From Gemmatimonadota bacterium (GTDB lineage: Bacteria > Gemmatimonadota > Gemmatimonadetes > Gemmatimonadales > Gemmatimonadaceae): a stretch of 64,000 nucleotides of DNA. The position numbers and the translations under genes are program-made. Of this stretch, positions 17,001-26,400 are shown one piece after another. The notes beneath the pieces are model-generated. The model saw only the letters and a list, made by a program, of their open reading frames with translations, was not told the DNA's origin and searched no databases. The stretch is from positions 13,492-77,491 of the forward strand of contig JANMLN010000054.1 in the NCBI GenBank assembly GCA_031372565.1, in the 5' to 3' direction. Every line of letters starts with the position of its first letter. The stretch's first letter is position 1.

Positions 17001-17993
17001 GCCCACGTAGATCGTGAGGCGGTCGCCTTCGTGCTGCACGGCGAGCGCGGCAATACGGCCGCTCATCACCGCCGACCCGATGTTGCGAGCGCCGAGGCCC
17101 GACGTGACTTCAGAGTCGACAGCCGCCGACAGCATGACGCTCGTGCCGGGAAGAGGCGCAAATGCCGGCGCGGCCAGCGTGCGCGGGTTCGTCCCGATGG
17201 TGCCGGCGGTGGCCGCGGCGGCCTCGGCCGAGGTGACCATCTTGGCGCCGATGGCTGGCTTCGCAAAACGCTCGTCCGGGAGCACGGCGTTGACCGTGAT
17301 GCGCTCCCACACGTACTGCTGCTTGTCGGCGCTGGAACTCCCCTTGGCGCCAATGCCCGTGGAGAACGGGAAGAGCACGCCGGAGACTTCCTTGTAGTTG
17401 CCCAGCTCCACTTCGAAGTAGCTCTCGGCGCCGCGCACCGTGCGCTTCACTTCGTACTTGATGGGGACGCACGACTCCGCGTCCAGATAGTAGGTGCGCT
17501 CATCGCCGTTGCTGGCCAGCGTGACGCGAAGCTTCCAGACTTTCGTGCCTTCGATCTGGTCGGTGCCAAGCAGTTCGACCGTGTTGCCGCGCGCCTTGTA
17601 GTCGAAGAGCGGGTCATCGAACTCGGAATCCTCGATGATGCCCTTGAGCTCGCCTTCGCCCAGCGTCTCCGGGTCCTTCTTGCCGCCGAAGGGCTGGATC
17701 TGCCAGCCGGTCTTGCCGTCGTAGCTGGTGACGCCGGTCATGCCGCCGAAGCCGAATTCTTCGCGCACCTTGTTCGGGCGCTTGAACTCATTGGCCACGG
17801 CGGCCTCGAAGCCGCCACCGCCGTAGAACTTGCCGCTCTTCCGAACGGTCTGGACGGCGCGCAGGCGGTCCGTCCCGCCGATGCGTTGGGCGTACTTGGC
17901 GATGATGTCGTCAGCGGTGGGGACGGACTGCGCTGACAACAGGGCAGGCCCCGCCAAGACGAGGGCGAACAGGGAGAGGAACAGCTTTCGCAT
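14085..17993 (-). CDS. Exported LolA-like (lipoprotein-sorting-protein-like) domain fused to a BNR/sortilin-VPS10-type double beta-propeller protein
   Basis: The ATG at 17993 has GGAG 8 nt upstream and gives signal peptide MRKLFLSLFALVLAGPALLSAQS. The N-terminal about 250 aa (DIIAKYAQRIGGTDRLRAVQTV...YDGKTGWQIQPF...YYLDAESCVPIKYE...YKEVSGVLFPFS) resemble OM lipoprotein-sorting proteins. Many BNR/Asp-box-like S.DGG.TW motifs follow (STDAGETW, TIDGGKSW, TTDGGATW, SEDGGASW, SNDGGATF, SYDGGDKW, TRNGGKQW, SVDGGRQW). Confidence 0.9.
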   Translation of the reverse strand: MRKLFLSLFALVLAGPALLSAQSVPTADDIIAKYAQRIGGTDRLRAVQTVRKSGKFYGGGGFEAAVANEFKRPNKVREEFGFGGMTGVTSYDGKTGWQIQPFGGKKDPETLGEGELKGIIEDSEFDDPLFDYKARGNTVELLGTDQIEGTKVWKLRVTLASNGDERTYYLDAESCVPIKYEVKRTVRGAESYFEVELGNYKEVSGVLFPFSTGIGAKGSSSADKQQYVWERITVNAVLPDERFAKPAIGAKMVTSAEAAAATAGTIGTNPRTLAAPAFAPLPGTSVMLSAAVDSEVTSGLGARNIGSAVMSGRIAALAVQHEGDRLTIYVGAASGGIWKSTNAGTTFKAVFDKQDVQSIGALALDPRNPRTIWAGTGEPWTRNSVSIGNGIYKSTDAGETWTNMGLPESERISKILIDPTNSSTVYACVPGKLWSDSNDRGVYKTIDGGKSWSKVLGGPNASTGCSLMTMDPTAPGTLYAGLWDFRRKGWTFRSGGDGPDAPSGSALMKTTDGGATWTALDSKSTKGLPAGPWGRVAVTVAPSKPNVVYAFIEAVPPMNGLYRSEDGGASWELRDRSQNMLWRPFYFANLIVDPRNENRLFKPDGGLIMSNDGGATFNGVGGSTHGDAHDIWIDPKNTDHLILADDGGMWTSYDGGDKWWKSETLPISQFYHVSTDMDTPYKVYGGLQDNSSWVGRSQFPGGIAKSQWENLYGGDGFWVFADPKDPTYAYAEAQGGNIGRINMKTHEIRDIKPLPRFGEGKLRYNWNTPIHLSPSRSGTLYLGSQYLFRSRNRGQSWDRISPDLTTNDPAKQMQELSGGITVDNSSAEMHTTIYAIGESPKDSMVVWVGTDDGNVQVTRNGGKQWTNVTGNIAGLPKNSWVSSVEPGHFAVGTIYATFDRHNDGDMAPHAYKSVDFGKTWTSLIAAGSPVRGYAHVIKEDLVNANLLYLGTEFGLWISVDGGRQWARYKGGNMPSVAVRDLVVHARDDDLVIGTHGRGIWIVDDITPLRNLAAGATGQAAAFVQTKPVVQAMNSFGGWANGDAEFVGQNPPGDAIISYYLQRRHIFGDLKLEVFDSTGKLVQTLPAGKRRGLSRTAWSMRMAPPRVPTAASAAFVVGPRFLPGKYSVKLTEGDLVTSTTLRVTGDPRTSHSADDRKAQFALSITLYDLMNEMSSVVEGMNDMRGNLENRGTGLAQRDSLLAALQKGSATVDTMRKKIVATKEGGMITGEERLRENLAELYGSVVGYEGRPSEMQVERAGSISRELGDVNKSFEKWVQIELPKINKMLKDRGLKPIEAARVVP

Positions 17994-18255
17994 CAACGGA
18001 CTCCGGTAGACGTGGCGCATTGCCCTACGGATGGGGGTGCGCACCGGTGCCAGCGCCGGCCCCCGAAGGCTAGAACTGGCACTTTTCCCTTGCGAAAGCA
18101 AATCAGGCGGTCTCGGAGTCTGCCTGGGTCACGCCGAGCGTGATCAGTGTGCGGATGTTGCCGCTCTCCGCGCCGCCGAACCCGTGCTCACGTTGTCGGG
18201 GCACATCAGCACCCGTTCGTCGGTCAGCGCGTCCGGAACCGGCGTGGGTTCGCGC

Positions 18256-19107
18256 TCACTTGGCGGGCGCCTTCACGATCGTCTTCGGCGCCGGCGACGG
18301 CGGCAGCGACTGCAGCCGGCGCTTGAACGTCTTGAACGCGTCCGAGTCCACCTGGAGGTTGCGGAGCTGTGCCGCGGGATAGGCCGCGATCTGCTTCGTC
18401 GTCGCCTCGATGCGCGCCTCCTCCAGCGGATGCGTCGCGAAGAACGCGTCCACCGCCGACGGGTTCGACTTCCGCTCGGAAAGCAGGATGCCGAACATCT
18501 CCGGGATGCCGCGTGGATCGATGTGCGCCTTGACCAGCGTCTTCACTCCTTCGTCGTCGGCCTGCGCTTCGTCCTGGCGGCTGAAGCTGGCGAAGAGCGC
18601 GCTCCCGCCGACGTTGATCGCGGCCTGCCCCGCGGAACTCTCGCACACCTTGGTGAGGGTGCAGAGCGCCACCAGGCCGCCGTTCACGCCTTGCGACTGC
18701 TGCATCTGCTGCACCGTGTGCCGCAGCGTCACGTGGCCGATCTCGTGGCCCATCACCCCCGCGAGCTGGTCCATCGTCGTCACGCGCTCGATGAGTCCGC
18801 GGTTGACGTAGATCCATCCGCCCGGGACCGCGAAGGCGTTCACTTCCTTGGAGTCCACGACGGCGAAGTGCCACGCGAGCTGGCGCGCATCGGTCAACGA
18901 CGCGAGCTGGTTGCCGAGCGAATTGATGTAGCGGTTCACCTCGGCGTCGCGCACGATCGGCAGCTGCGAGTCGATCTGCGCGGCATACGAGCTGCCCATC
19001 GCCACTTCCTGCTGCTGCGAGATGGCGCAGCCGGCGGCGGTCAGCAGTCCCGCGCCGACGAGGACGAAGCGCAGGTTGGCGCCGAGCATGGGGGCGGAGC
19101 GACGCAT
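18256..19107 (-). CDS. M48-family zinc metalloprotease lipoprotein
   Basis: Lipobox LLTAAGC. HEIGH zinc motif within AGVMGHEIGHVTLRH. Downstream QDEAQADDEG. Confidence 0.9.
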   Translation of the reverse strand: MRRSAPMLGANLRFVLVGAGLLTAAGCAISQQQEVAMGSSYAAQIDSQLPIVRDAEVNRYINSLGNQLASLTDARQLAWHFAVVDSKEVNAFAVPGGWIYVNRGLIERVTTMDQLAGVMGHEIGHVTLRHTVQQMQQSQGVNGGLVALCTLTKVCESSAGQAAINVGGSALFASFSRQDEAQADDEGVKTLVKAHIDPRGIPEMFGILLSERKSNPSAVDAFFATHPLEEARIEATTKQIAAYPAAQLRNLQVDSDAFKTFKRRLQSLPPSPAPKTIVKAPAK

Positions 19108-19275
19108 CGTCGGGAGCGAAGGAGGTGAGCACGGCAGGCCGGACGGGCGCCGGTCATCCGTGCAGGTTAGGCTCGCTCGTCAGACGCGACCACCGCGCAA
19201 ACGGCGTACGCCGATTGACGGGGAGTCGGGGCTGATGCTGTCGCCGGCGCGCGGGCCGCCGGCGGATCCGGCCTC

Positions 19276-19737
19276 CTATCGACCGAACGACGAGTGCCGC
19301 GCGAAGTACGACAGCACCCCGATGAGCAGTAGCACGCCGATGCCCAGAAAGAGGACGCTGACGTTGCCTTCGCCGGGCTCCAGCACCGCCTCGTCCGGGT
19401 CGTCCGGGTCGTAGTACACCTTCACGGGCGTCCCCTTGGGGTATCGCAGCACCCAGCGCAGGGCCCGGCTCGAGTCGCTCGAGCCGAACTCGGCCTCGAA
19501 GCTCATGCGCGTCCCGATGCGCTCGTGGCCCACGTGGTACCGGTAGCGCACGGCGGCCCGCGCGTAGGACTCGCGCCTGCTGACGCGCACCGCCTCGGTC
19601 TCGGACGAGAGCACCTCGCCCGTCACGGAGCGCCAGGCGCGTGCCTTCCGCCCGCGTATCACGCTCCTCGCCCCCGAGCGGGTGAAGGCAAGGCCGATCA
19701 CGGCGATGCCCGCAGCGACGAGGTCCGCATTGGTCAT
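19276..19737 (-). CDS. DUF3592 membrane protein
   Basis: TM segments at the N- and C-termini. Core RYRYHVGHERIGTRMSF...YPKGTPVKVYYDPDDPDEAVLEPG is typical of DUF3592. Confidence 0.8.
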   Translation of the reverse strand: MTNADLVAAGIAVIGLAFTRSGARSVIRGRKARAWRSVTGEVLSSETEAVRVSRRESYARAAVRYRYHVGHERIGTRMSFEAEFGSSDSSRALRWVLRYPKGTPVKVYYDPDDPDEAVLEPGEGNVSVLFLGIGVLLLIGVLSYFARHSSFGR

Positions 19738-19972
19738 CGCCTACCATGGCGCGGCCCGGTCGGATTCGCAACCAGCGCGTGGGCCGCCCCGGGCGGCGCC
19801 CGCCTGGACGGCCGCGTCGACTGGCTCGAGGCTCACGACAAACTCACGGAGGGCGCCACCATGGACGCCGCCTGCGTCTCCGCCTTTCTCACGACCATCA
19901 TTGCTACGTCATGGGCGCGGGCACGTACGAGACCGCACTCGGCTTCGAGTCCAGAACGGCCTGCCGCAAACC

Positions 19973-20120
19973 ATGGCTGAGTTCGATTGGGAAAACCTCG
20001 TCACGCTCGAGAGCATCGAGCGCGTCGAGGTCTACTCGGCAGCCAACGTCCCGTTCCAGTTCCGACCCAGCGGCAGCAGTTGCGGCAGCGTGCTCAGCTG
20101 GACGACGAAGGACCGCTACG
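19973..20120 (+). pseudogene. Second orphan copy of the CarboxypepD_reg-family C-terminal module
   Basis: MAEFDWENLVTLESIERVEVYSAANVPFQFRPSGSSCGSVLSWTTKDR has the same L..V....V..VE.Y....P..F.....CG.V..W pattern as the ends of 2177..3265 and 3262..3453. No upstream domains in any frame. The reading frame runs on into the convergent hydrolase gene. Confidence 0.3.
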
Positions 20121-20139
20121 CGCCCCCCCCGCACGCGCG

Positions 20140-21492
20140 CTATCGGCGGACTTGCTGCGTCACCCAGTCCGCCATCGCGTCGAAGTAGCCGGGGGCATAG
20201 CGTGTTCGCACCCGTCGGCCAGCGCGGATCGCGAACTCGATGATCCCGTGGTCCGCGCCCGGAAAGATGCGCGTCGTCACCGGCTTCCCCTCCCGTTCCA
20301 GTCGCGCGAGCACCGCGATCGTCGGCCCGGTCGGCGCCTCGATGTCCTCGCCGCCGAGGAGCCAGAGCATCGGGATGTCGAGCGCCTCGAGCGTCGGCAC
20401 GGGATCGTAGAACGGATCGATGAAGGTCTCGAACATCTTCGGCACGACGACCTTGGCTTGGGCCAGGCCCATCTTGAGCATCGAGCCGGCCCACGTTTCC
20501 ATCTGCGGCAGCTCGGCGAGCCAGCGGCGGTCCCGGTACTGAGCCAGCTTCGACTCGATCTCGCCCCATCCATCCGCGAACTTGTGCTCGGCCGAGCGGT
20601 GGATCGATGCGTTGAGTTCCTCGAACTCGCGCACGTCCTGATCGCCGAAGCCACGCTCCCGCAACTTGAGCGGCGCCTCCAGGCGGTCCTCTTCCGATAC
20701 TGACATCGCCATGCCGTATCCCACGAGCACGAATCGTACGCGGGGATCCTTGCGCGCCGCCAGCGGTGCTACCCATCCGCCCTGGCTGTAGCCGGCCAGC
20801 CCGATGCGCGTCGGGTCGAGCGTGGCGTGCGTGCGAAGCAGGCGCGTCGCGGCGGCGACGTCATCGGAGAGCGTGCTGAAGAGCTGCAGGTACTGCCCGC
20901 CGGAGCGCCCCGTGCCGCGCTTGTCGAAGACGAACATCGCCACCCCGTGCGCGGCGAAGAAGTACGGATCCCAGAGCCGATCCACCGACGCGGTGGCATC
21001 CGATCCGTGTACATAGACGACGACCGGCCACGGACCCGCCCCCGCCGGACGGACCAGCTTGCCGAAGAGCGACACGCCACCGCTCGTGAAGCGCACCGTG
21101 TCCTCCTCGAACGAGACCCGGACGCCGCGACGCGGCGGCTGGTCGGGCGCGCGCACCTCGAGCGTCGTCACTCCACGCGTCGTGGTCTGACTCGCGTAGC
21201 GCCAGTCTGCCGGAGCGGAGCCGCTCCACGCTGAAGAGGACTGGAATCGCGTGGAGTCGTTCTGGCGCAGCTGGTGCGCGGCGCCACTCGCGAAGTCGAC
21301 GTAACGCCATCCGGTGTCGCTGGCATCGGCGCGATAGAGTGCCGCGATCCGGCCGTCGGGAAACCGGTACGCACCCGCCAGCTGCGGCGCCGATGCTGGC
21401 CCCCACTGCCCCTGTGCCAGGGTGGCGCGCGCCATCAACAGCGTGAGGAGCACGAGCGAGCGCGTCGGGCAGGACTTCGCGAGCTGGAACAT
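20140..21492 (-). CDS. Exported alpha/beta hydrolase (S9/dienelactone-hydrolase-like)
   Basis: Nucleophile elbow GYSQGG. VVVYVHGSD and FVFDKRGTGRSGG blocks. Signal peptide LVLLTLLMARATLAQG. The ATG at 21492 is preferred (GGGAG 6-7 nt upstream); TTG 21513 and ATG 21498 are alternatives. Confidence 0.85.
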   Translation of the reverse strand: MFQLAKSCPTRSLVLLTLLMARATLAQGQWGPASAPQLAGAYRFPDGRIAALYRADASDTGWRYVDFASGAAHQLRQNDSTRFQSSSAWSGSAPADWRYASQTTTRGVTTLEVRAPDQPPRRGVRVSFEEDTVRFTSGGVSLFGKLVRPAGAGPWPVVVYVHGSDATASVDRLWDPYFFAAHGVAMFVFDKRGTGRSGGQYLQLFSTLSDDVAAATRLLRTHATLDPTRIGLAGYSQGGWVAPLAARKDPRVRFVLVGYGMAMSVSEEDRLEAPLKLRERGFGDQDVREFEELNASIHRSAEHKFADGWGEIESKLAQYRDRRWLAELPQMETWAGSMLKMGLAQAKVVVPKMFETFIDPFYDPVPTLEALDIPMLWLLGGEDIEAPTGPTIAVLARLEREGKPVTTRIFPGADHGIIEFAIRAGRRVRTRYAPGYFDAMADWVTQQVRR

Positions 21493-21738
21493 CGGCATCT
21501 CCCGGAGAAGCAAGGGATGCCATCCGTACGCAGACGTCGCACCGGAGATTCAGGATGGTGCGCGATCGCCTGGCGTCCCCGCGCGCGGACAGTGCGCCGT
21601 GAGGGCGCGAAACTCCGTCGTCCTCGTCGTGCTCGACGAGCGCCTCGATCGCCGGCTGGTTGGCGGGCTCGGGGGCTGAGGCGCGGGGCGCCCGCACTTC
21701 CCGACGCCCCGTCGGCGCGCACATAGCTTCCGGAGGAC

Positions 21739-23379
21739 ATGATCGAAAGCCTCCGCGCGAGTCCGCTGCTGCTGCTCTTCGCCGTCGCCGCGATCGGCTA
21801 CCCGCTCGGTCGCCTGCGCATCGGGCGCAGCAGCCTCGGCATCGCGGCCGTGCTCTTCGTCGGCCTCGCGTTCGGCGCGCTCGACCCCGCGCTGCAGTTG
21901 CCGGAGATGGTCTACCAGCTCGGCCTCGTGCTCTTCGTCTACACGGTCGGCCCCAGCAGCGGCCCCGCCTTCTTCGACGCCCTGCGCCGCAAGGGAGCCC
22001 GGGACAACCTGTTCGTGGTCGTGATGCTCCTCGTCGCCGCCCTGCTCACGATCGCATCGCACCAGGCACTCGGGCTCGGCGCCGGACAGACCGCGGGTCT
22101 CTTCACCGGCGCCCTCACGAACACGCCCGCGCTCGCCGCCGTGCTCGAGTATCTCAAGCTGAACGCGGCACCGGGGCTCGGCCGGGAGTCGCTCGACTCC
22201 CCCATCGTCGGCTACTCGATCGCGTACCCGATCGGCGTGCTCGGCGTGATCACCGCGATCGCGGTCGCGCAGCGGCTCTGGCGCGTGGACTACCGGCGTG
22301 AGGCGCATGCGCTGCGCGACCTGGGCGCCACGCGGGCGCCGCTGGTGAGCCGCACCATCCGCGTCGTGCGGCGCGACGGGCGGACCGAATCCGCCGCCGC
22401 ACTCGCGAAGCGGAGCGACTGGCACGTCCGGCTCGTCCGCCTGCAGCGAGGGGGCGAGCTCTCGCTCGTCGACGAGGGCACGGTCCTCCGCGACGGCGAT
22501 CGCGTCAGCACGGTCGGCGAGGTCGACGACATCGACCGGCTCACGGCGTTCCTCGGAGTCGAGGAGGACAACGCGCTCGAACTCGACCGCGGCACGCTCG
22601 ACTTCCGGCGCGTCTTCGTCTCGGCGCCACGCGTGCTTGCCCGCCGCATCGGTGATCTCGACCTGCGGCGGCGGTTCGGCGCGACCGTGACGCGCGTGCG
22701 CCGCGGCGACGTCGACTTCCTCGCGACCGACGACACCGTGCTGGAGCCGGGCGACCGCGTGCGCGTCGTCGCACCGCGCGACCGGATCGAGCAGCTCAAC
22801 GAGTTCTTCCGCGACTCGTATCGCCACCTGAGCGAGATCGACGTCCTCACGTTCAGTCTCGGGCTCGTCGGCGGGCTGCTGCTCGGTCTCCTCCCCGTGC
22901 CGCTCCCCGGCGGCGGCGCCTTCCGCCTCGGCATCGCCGGCGGACCGCTCCTCGTCGCGCTCGTCGTGAGCAAGCTCGACCGCACCGGGCATCTGGTGTG
23001 GAGCCTCCCGTACGGCGCCAACATCACGCTGCGGCAGTTCGGCCTCCTGCTCTTCCTCGCCGGCATCGGCACGCGCGCCGGCGACGCCTTCCTCACGACG
23101 CTCCTGAGCCGCGGCGGCCTCGCGCTCCTCGCCGCGGGCTTCGCCATCACCGTGACGACCGCGGTGCTCACGCTGTTCATCGGCTACCGGCTGCTCAAGG
23201 TGCCGATGAGCCTGCTCGTCGGGATGCTCGCGGGGCTGCAGACGAATCCCGCGGTGCTGAGCTACGCGACCGAGCAGACGGGCAACGACGTGCCGAACGT
23301 CGGCTATGCGACGGTCTATCCCGTGGCGATGATCACCAAGATCATCCTCGCGCAGTTGCTGGTGGCGCTGCTCGCCTGA
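21739..23379 (+). CDS. AAE-family (YidE/YbjL-type) transporter with two TrkA-C/RCK-C domains
   Basis: Duplicated membrane halves (LLLLFAVAAIGYPLGRLRIGRSSLGIAAVLFVGL... and FSLGLVGGLLLGLLPVPLPGG...) flank two soluble RCK-C-like repeats. GALTNTPALAA and GLQTNPAVLSYA motifs. Confidence 0.88.
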   Translation: MIESLRASPLLLLFAVAAIGYPLGRLRIGRSSLGIAAVLFVGLAFGALDPALQLPEMVYQLGLVLFVYTVGPSSGPAFFDALRRKGARDNLFVVVMLLVAALLTIASHQALGLGAGQTAGLFTGALTNTPALAAVLEYLKLNAAPGLGRESLDSPIVGYSIAYPIGVLGVITAIAVAQRLWRVDYRREAHALRDLGATRAPLVSRTIRVVRRDGRTESAAALAKRSDWHVRLVRLQRGGELSLVDEGTVLRDGDRVSTVGEVDDIDRLTAFLGVEEDNALELDRGTLDFRRVFVSAPRVLARRIGDLDLRRRFGATVTRVRRGDVDFLATDDTVLEPGDRVRVVAPRDRIEQLNEFFRDSYRHLSEIDVLTFSLGLVGGLLLGLLPVPLPGGGAFRLGIAGGPLLVALVVSKLDRTGHLVWSLPYGANITLRQFGLLLFLAGIGTRAGDAFLTTLLSRGGLALLAAGFAITVTTAVLTLFIGYRLLKVPMSLLVGMLAGLQTNPAVLSYATEQTGNDVPNVGYATVYPVAMITKIILAQLLVALLA

Positions 23380-23496
23380 GCGCCGCCACCGCGCCGCGAC
23401 CTCGACTGATCCGGCGGTTTCCCCGTTCGGAGTGCGGCACGGTGTAAGCTTCGTCATGGCGATTCGCACGGGGACGCCCCCTCCCCTCAAACCGCC

Positions 23497-26400
23497 GTGG
23501 TCGGGATGAACACCCTCTTCTCACGGCGCGCGATCCCTCGGCGCCCGCCGCCGAGCGTGGAGGACGTGTACGCCGGCCCCATCCGCGGCGAGCTCCTCGG
23601 CGCCGAACGCCTCGCGGACCGCGCGCGGGGACTCGCGAAGGCACAGCAGGCGATCCACGAGCGGCGCAAGCGCCGCCTGCGCGAACCGCCCGCGCGATTG
23701 CTCATCCGGCTGGCGCAGACGCGCCGGATCCTCGAAGGCGCCGAAGTGCGCCTCACCGCCGCCGCTCAGCGCGGCACCGACATCGGTCCCGCCGGCGACT
23801 GGTTCCTCGACAACTTCCACGTCGTGCGCGAGCACGCGAGCCAGGTGCATGAGAGCCTGCCGGAAGACTACTTCCGCGAACTCCCGATCCTCACGCACGG
23901 CACGCTCGCCGCGTATCCGCGGGTGTATGAGATCGCGATCACGCTGATCTCGCACGCGGAGGCGCGCATCGACCTCGACAACGTCGATGTCTTCGTCGGC
24001 GCCTTCCAGGAGCGCCTTGTCCTCTCGCTCGGCGAACTCTGGGCGGTGCCGGCGATGCTGCGGCTCGGCCTCATCGAGAGCGTGCGCCGGATGACGCTCC
24101 GGACGCTCGAGCGGCTCGACGAGATCGAGGCGGCCGACAAGTGGACCGCACACATCCTCTCGCGATCGGCGCTCGGACAGGACGCGATGCGCGGCGCGAT
24201 CGCCGAGTTCGTCGAGGAACGGCACGTGCTCACCCCGACCTTCGTCTCGCGGTTGCTGCAACAGTTGCGTGCCTCGGCCGGGGCGGTGCCGCCGCTGGTG
24301 GGGATCGAGCAGTGGTTCGCCGAGGAGGGGTTCGGCCCCACCGAGGCCGCCACGCGCGCCGCCGAACGGCTCGCGATGACGACGCACGTGATGGCGAACA
24401 GCATCATGAGCTTGCGGAGCATCGGCCCGCGCGACTGGAGCCGCTTCGTGGAGCGCCAGAGCGCGGTGGAGCGCGAGCTGCGCGGCGATCCGTCGGGCGA
24501 CTATCCGCACATGACCTTCGCCACGCGCGACACCTACCGGCACGCGGTCGAACGGATGGCGAAGCACGCCGGCGCCACCGAGGTGCAGGTGGCCCAGCGC
24601 GCGGTCGCGCACGCGCGCGGCTTCGCGGACGACCCGCGATTGAGCCACGTGGGCTACTGGCTCGTCGATCGTGGCGTGGGGGCCTTCGAGGCCACCATCG
24701 GGTACGCCGCGCCGCGCCCGTTGCGGGTGCGGCGCTGGCTGCGCCGGCAGCCCAATCTCGTCTACACCTCGGCGATCGCGTCGGGAACGCTGGTCGCGCT
24801 CGGGCTGCTGCAGTGGGCCGCGGGCGCCGAGGCGCGCACGTCGTGGATCGTGGTGTCGGTGGTGGGGCTGCTGCTGGCGTTCGACATCGCGGTGAGCCTG
24901 ATGACGCAGGCGGTGACGGCGTTCCTGCCGCCGCGCCTGCTCCCGCGGCTCGACTTCACGCAGGTGGGGATCCCCGCGGGATGTCGCACCGCGGTGGTGG
25001 TGCCGACGCTGGTGGCGAACATCCCCGAGGTGGAGGCCGCGCTCTCGGGACTCGAGGTGCAGTTCCTGGCCAATCGCCGGTCGCACCTGCACTACGCGCT
25101 GCTGAGCGACTACGCCGACGCGGCGACCGAGACCTGCCCCGACGACGCGGCGATCCTCGCGGCCGCGGTGCGCGGCGTGGAGGCGCTCAACGACCGCTAC
25201 GCGCCGGTCACGCGCGACGCGTTCTATCTGTTCCACCGCGACCGGCAGTGGAACGAGAGTCAGGGCGTCTGGATGGGCTGGGAGCGCAAGCGGGGCAAGC
25301 TCGCGCAGTTCAACCGCTTCCTCCGTGGCACGGCCAACGGTGCGTTCGCGGTGACGGTCGGCAGCGTCGAGGTCCTGCGGCAGGTGAAGTACGTGATCAC
25401 GCTCGACGCCGACACCGTGCTGCCGCCGGACGAGGCGCTCGCGCTTGTCGGGGCGATCGCGCACCCGCTCAACCGCGCGGTGTTCGACCCGGTGAAGAGC
25501 CGCGTCGTCGAGGGCTACGGCATCCTGCAGCCGCGCGTGAACGTCTCGCTCGCGAGCGCCCAGCGGTCGCGCTTCGCGGCGATCCACTCGGGGCATCCGG
25601 GCGTCGATCCCTACACCACCGCCGTCTCCGACGTCTACCAGGACCTGTACGGCGAGGGGAGCTACACCGGCAAGGGCATCTACGACGTCGATGTCTTCGA
25701 GACGGCGACGCACGGCCGGTTCCCCGAGAACACGCTGCTCTCGCACGACCTGATCGAGGGCAACTATGCGCGTGCGGGGCTCGTCACGGACATCATGCTG
25801 TTCGACGACTATCCGGCGCGCTACCTCACCTTCTGGCGTCGGCGCCACCGCTGGATCCGGGGCGACTGGCAGCTGCTGCGCTGGCTCACGCGCACGGTGC
25901 CGGGGCCGGCCGGCCCGGAGCGGAACCGGCTCTCGTTCCTGGCGCGCTGGAAGATCCTCGACAACCTGCGCCGCAGCACGGTGGAGATGGCGCAGCTCGT
26001 CTTCCTGCTCGCCGGCTGGCTCCATCTCACGGGCACGTCGCTGCGCTGGACGGCGCTGGGCCTGCTCGCCGTCGCCGCGCCGTGGATCATCGCGCTGACG
26101 ATCGCGGTGGTGAAGCCCGCCCGGGACAAGTCGCTCCGCGCCTACTACGGGGCGGTCTGGCGCGACGCGGTGACGAGCGCCGAGCAGTTCGGGCTCACGA
26201 TCGTCTTCCTGCCGCAGCAGGCCTGGCTCGCGGCCGACGCGATCGCGCGCACGCTCTGGCGACTCGCGGTCTCGCGCCGGTCACTCCTCGAGTGGCAACC
26301 GGCCGCGCTCGCAGAGAAGGCGACGCTGCACTCGTTGGGGCTCGCCTGGCGGACGATGTGGCCGGCGGCGCTCACGCCGGTGCTGTTCTTCGCCTTCGTG

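Noticed and set aside
17994-18255. 262-bp gap between the M48 protease and BNR genes. One minus-strand frame reads ...GFGGAESGNIRTLITLGVTQADSETA, which looked faintly protein-like
   Set aside because: Too short, with no start codon or recognisable family. It cannot be supported as a gene or a relic from sequence alone.
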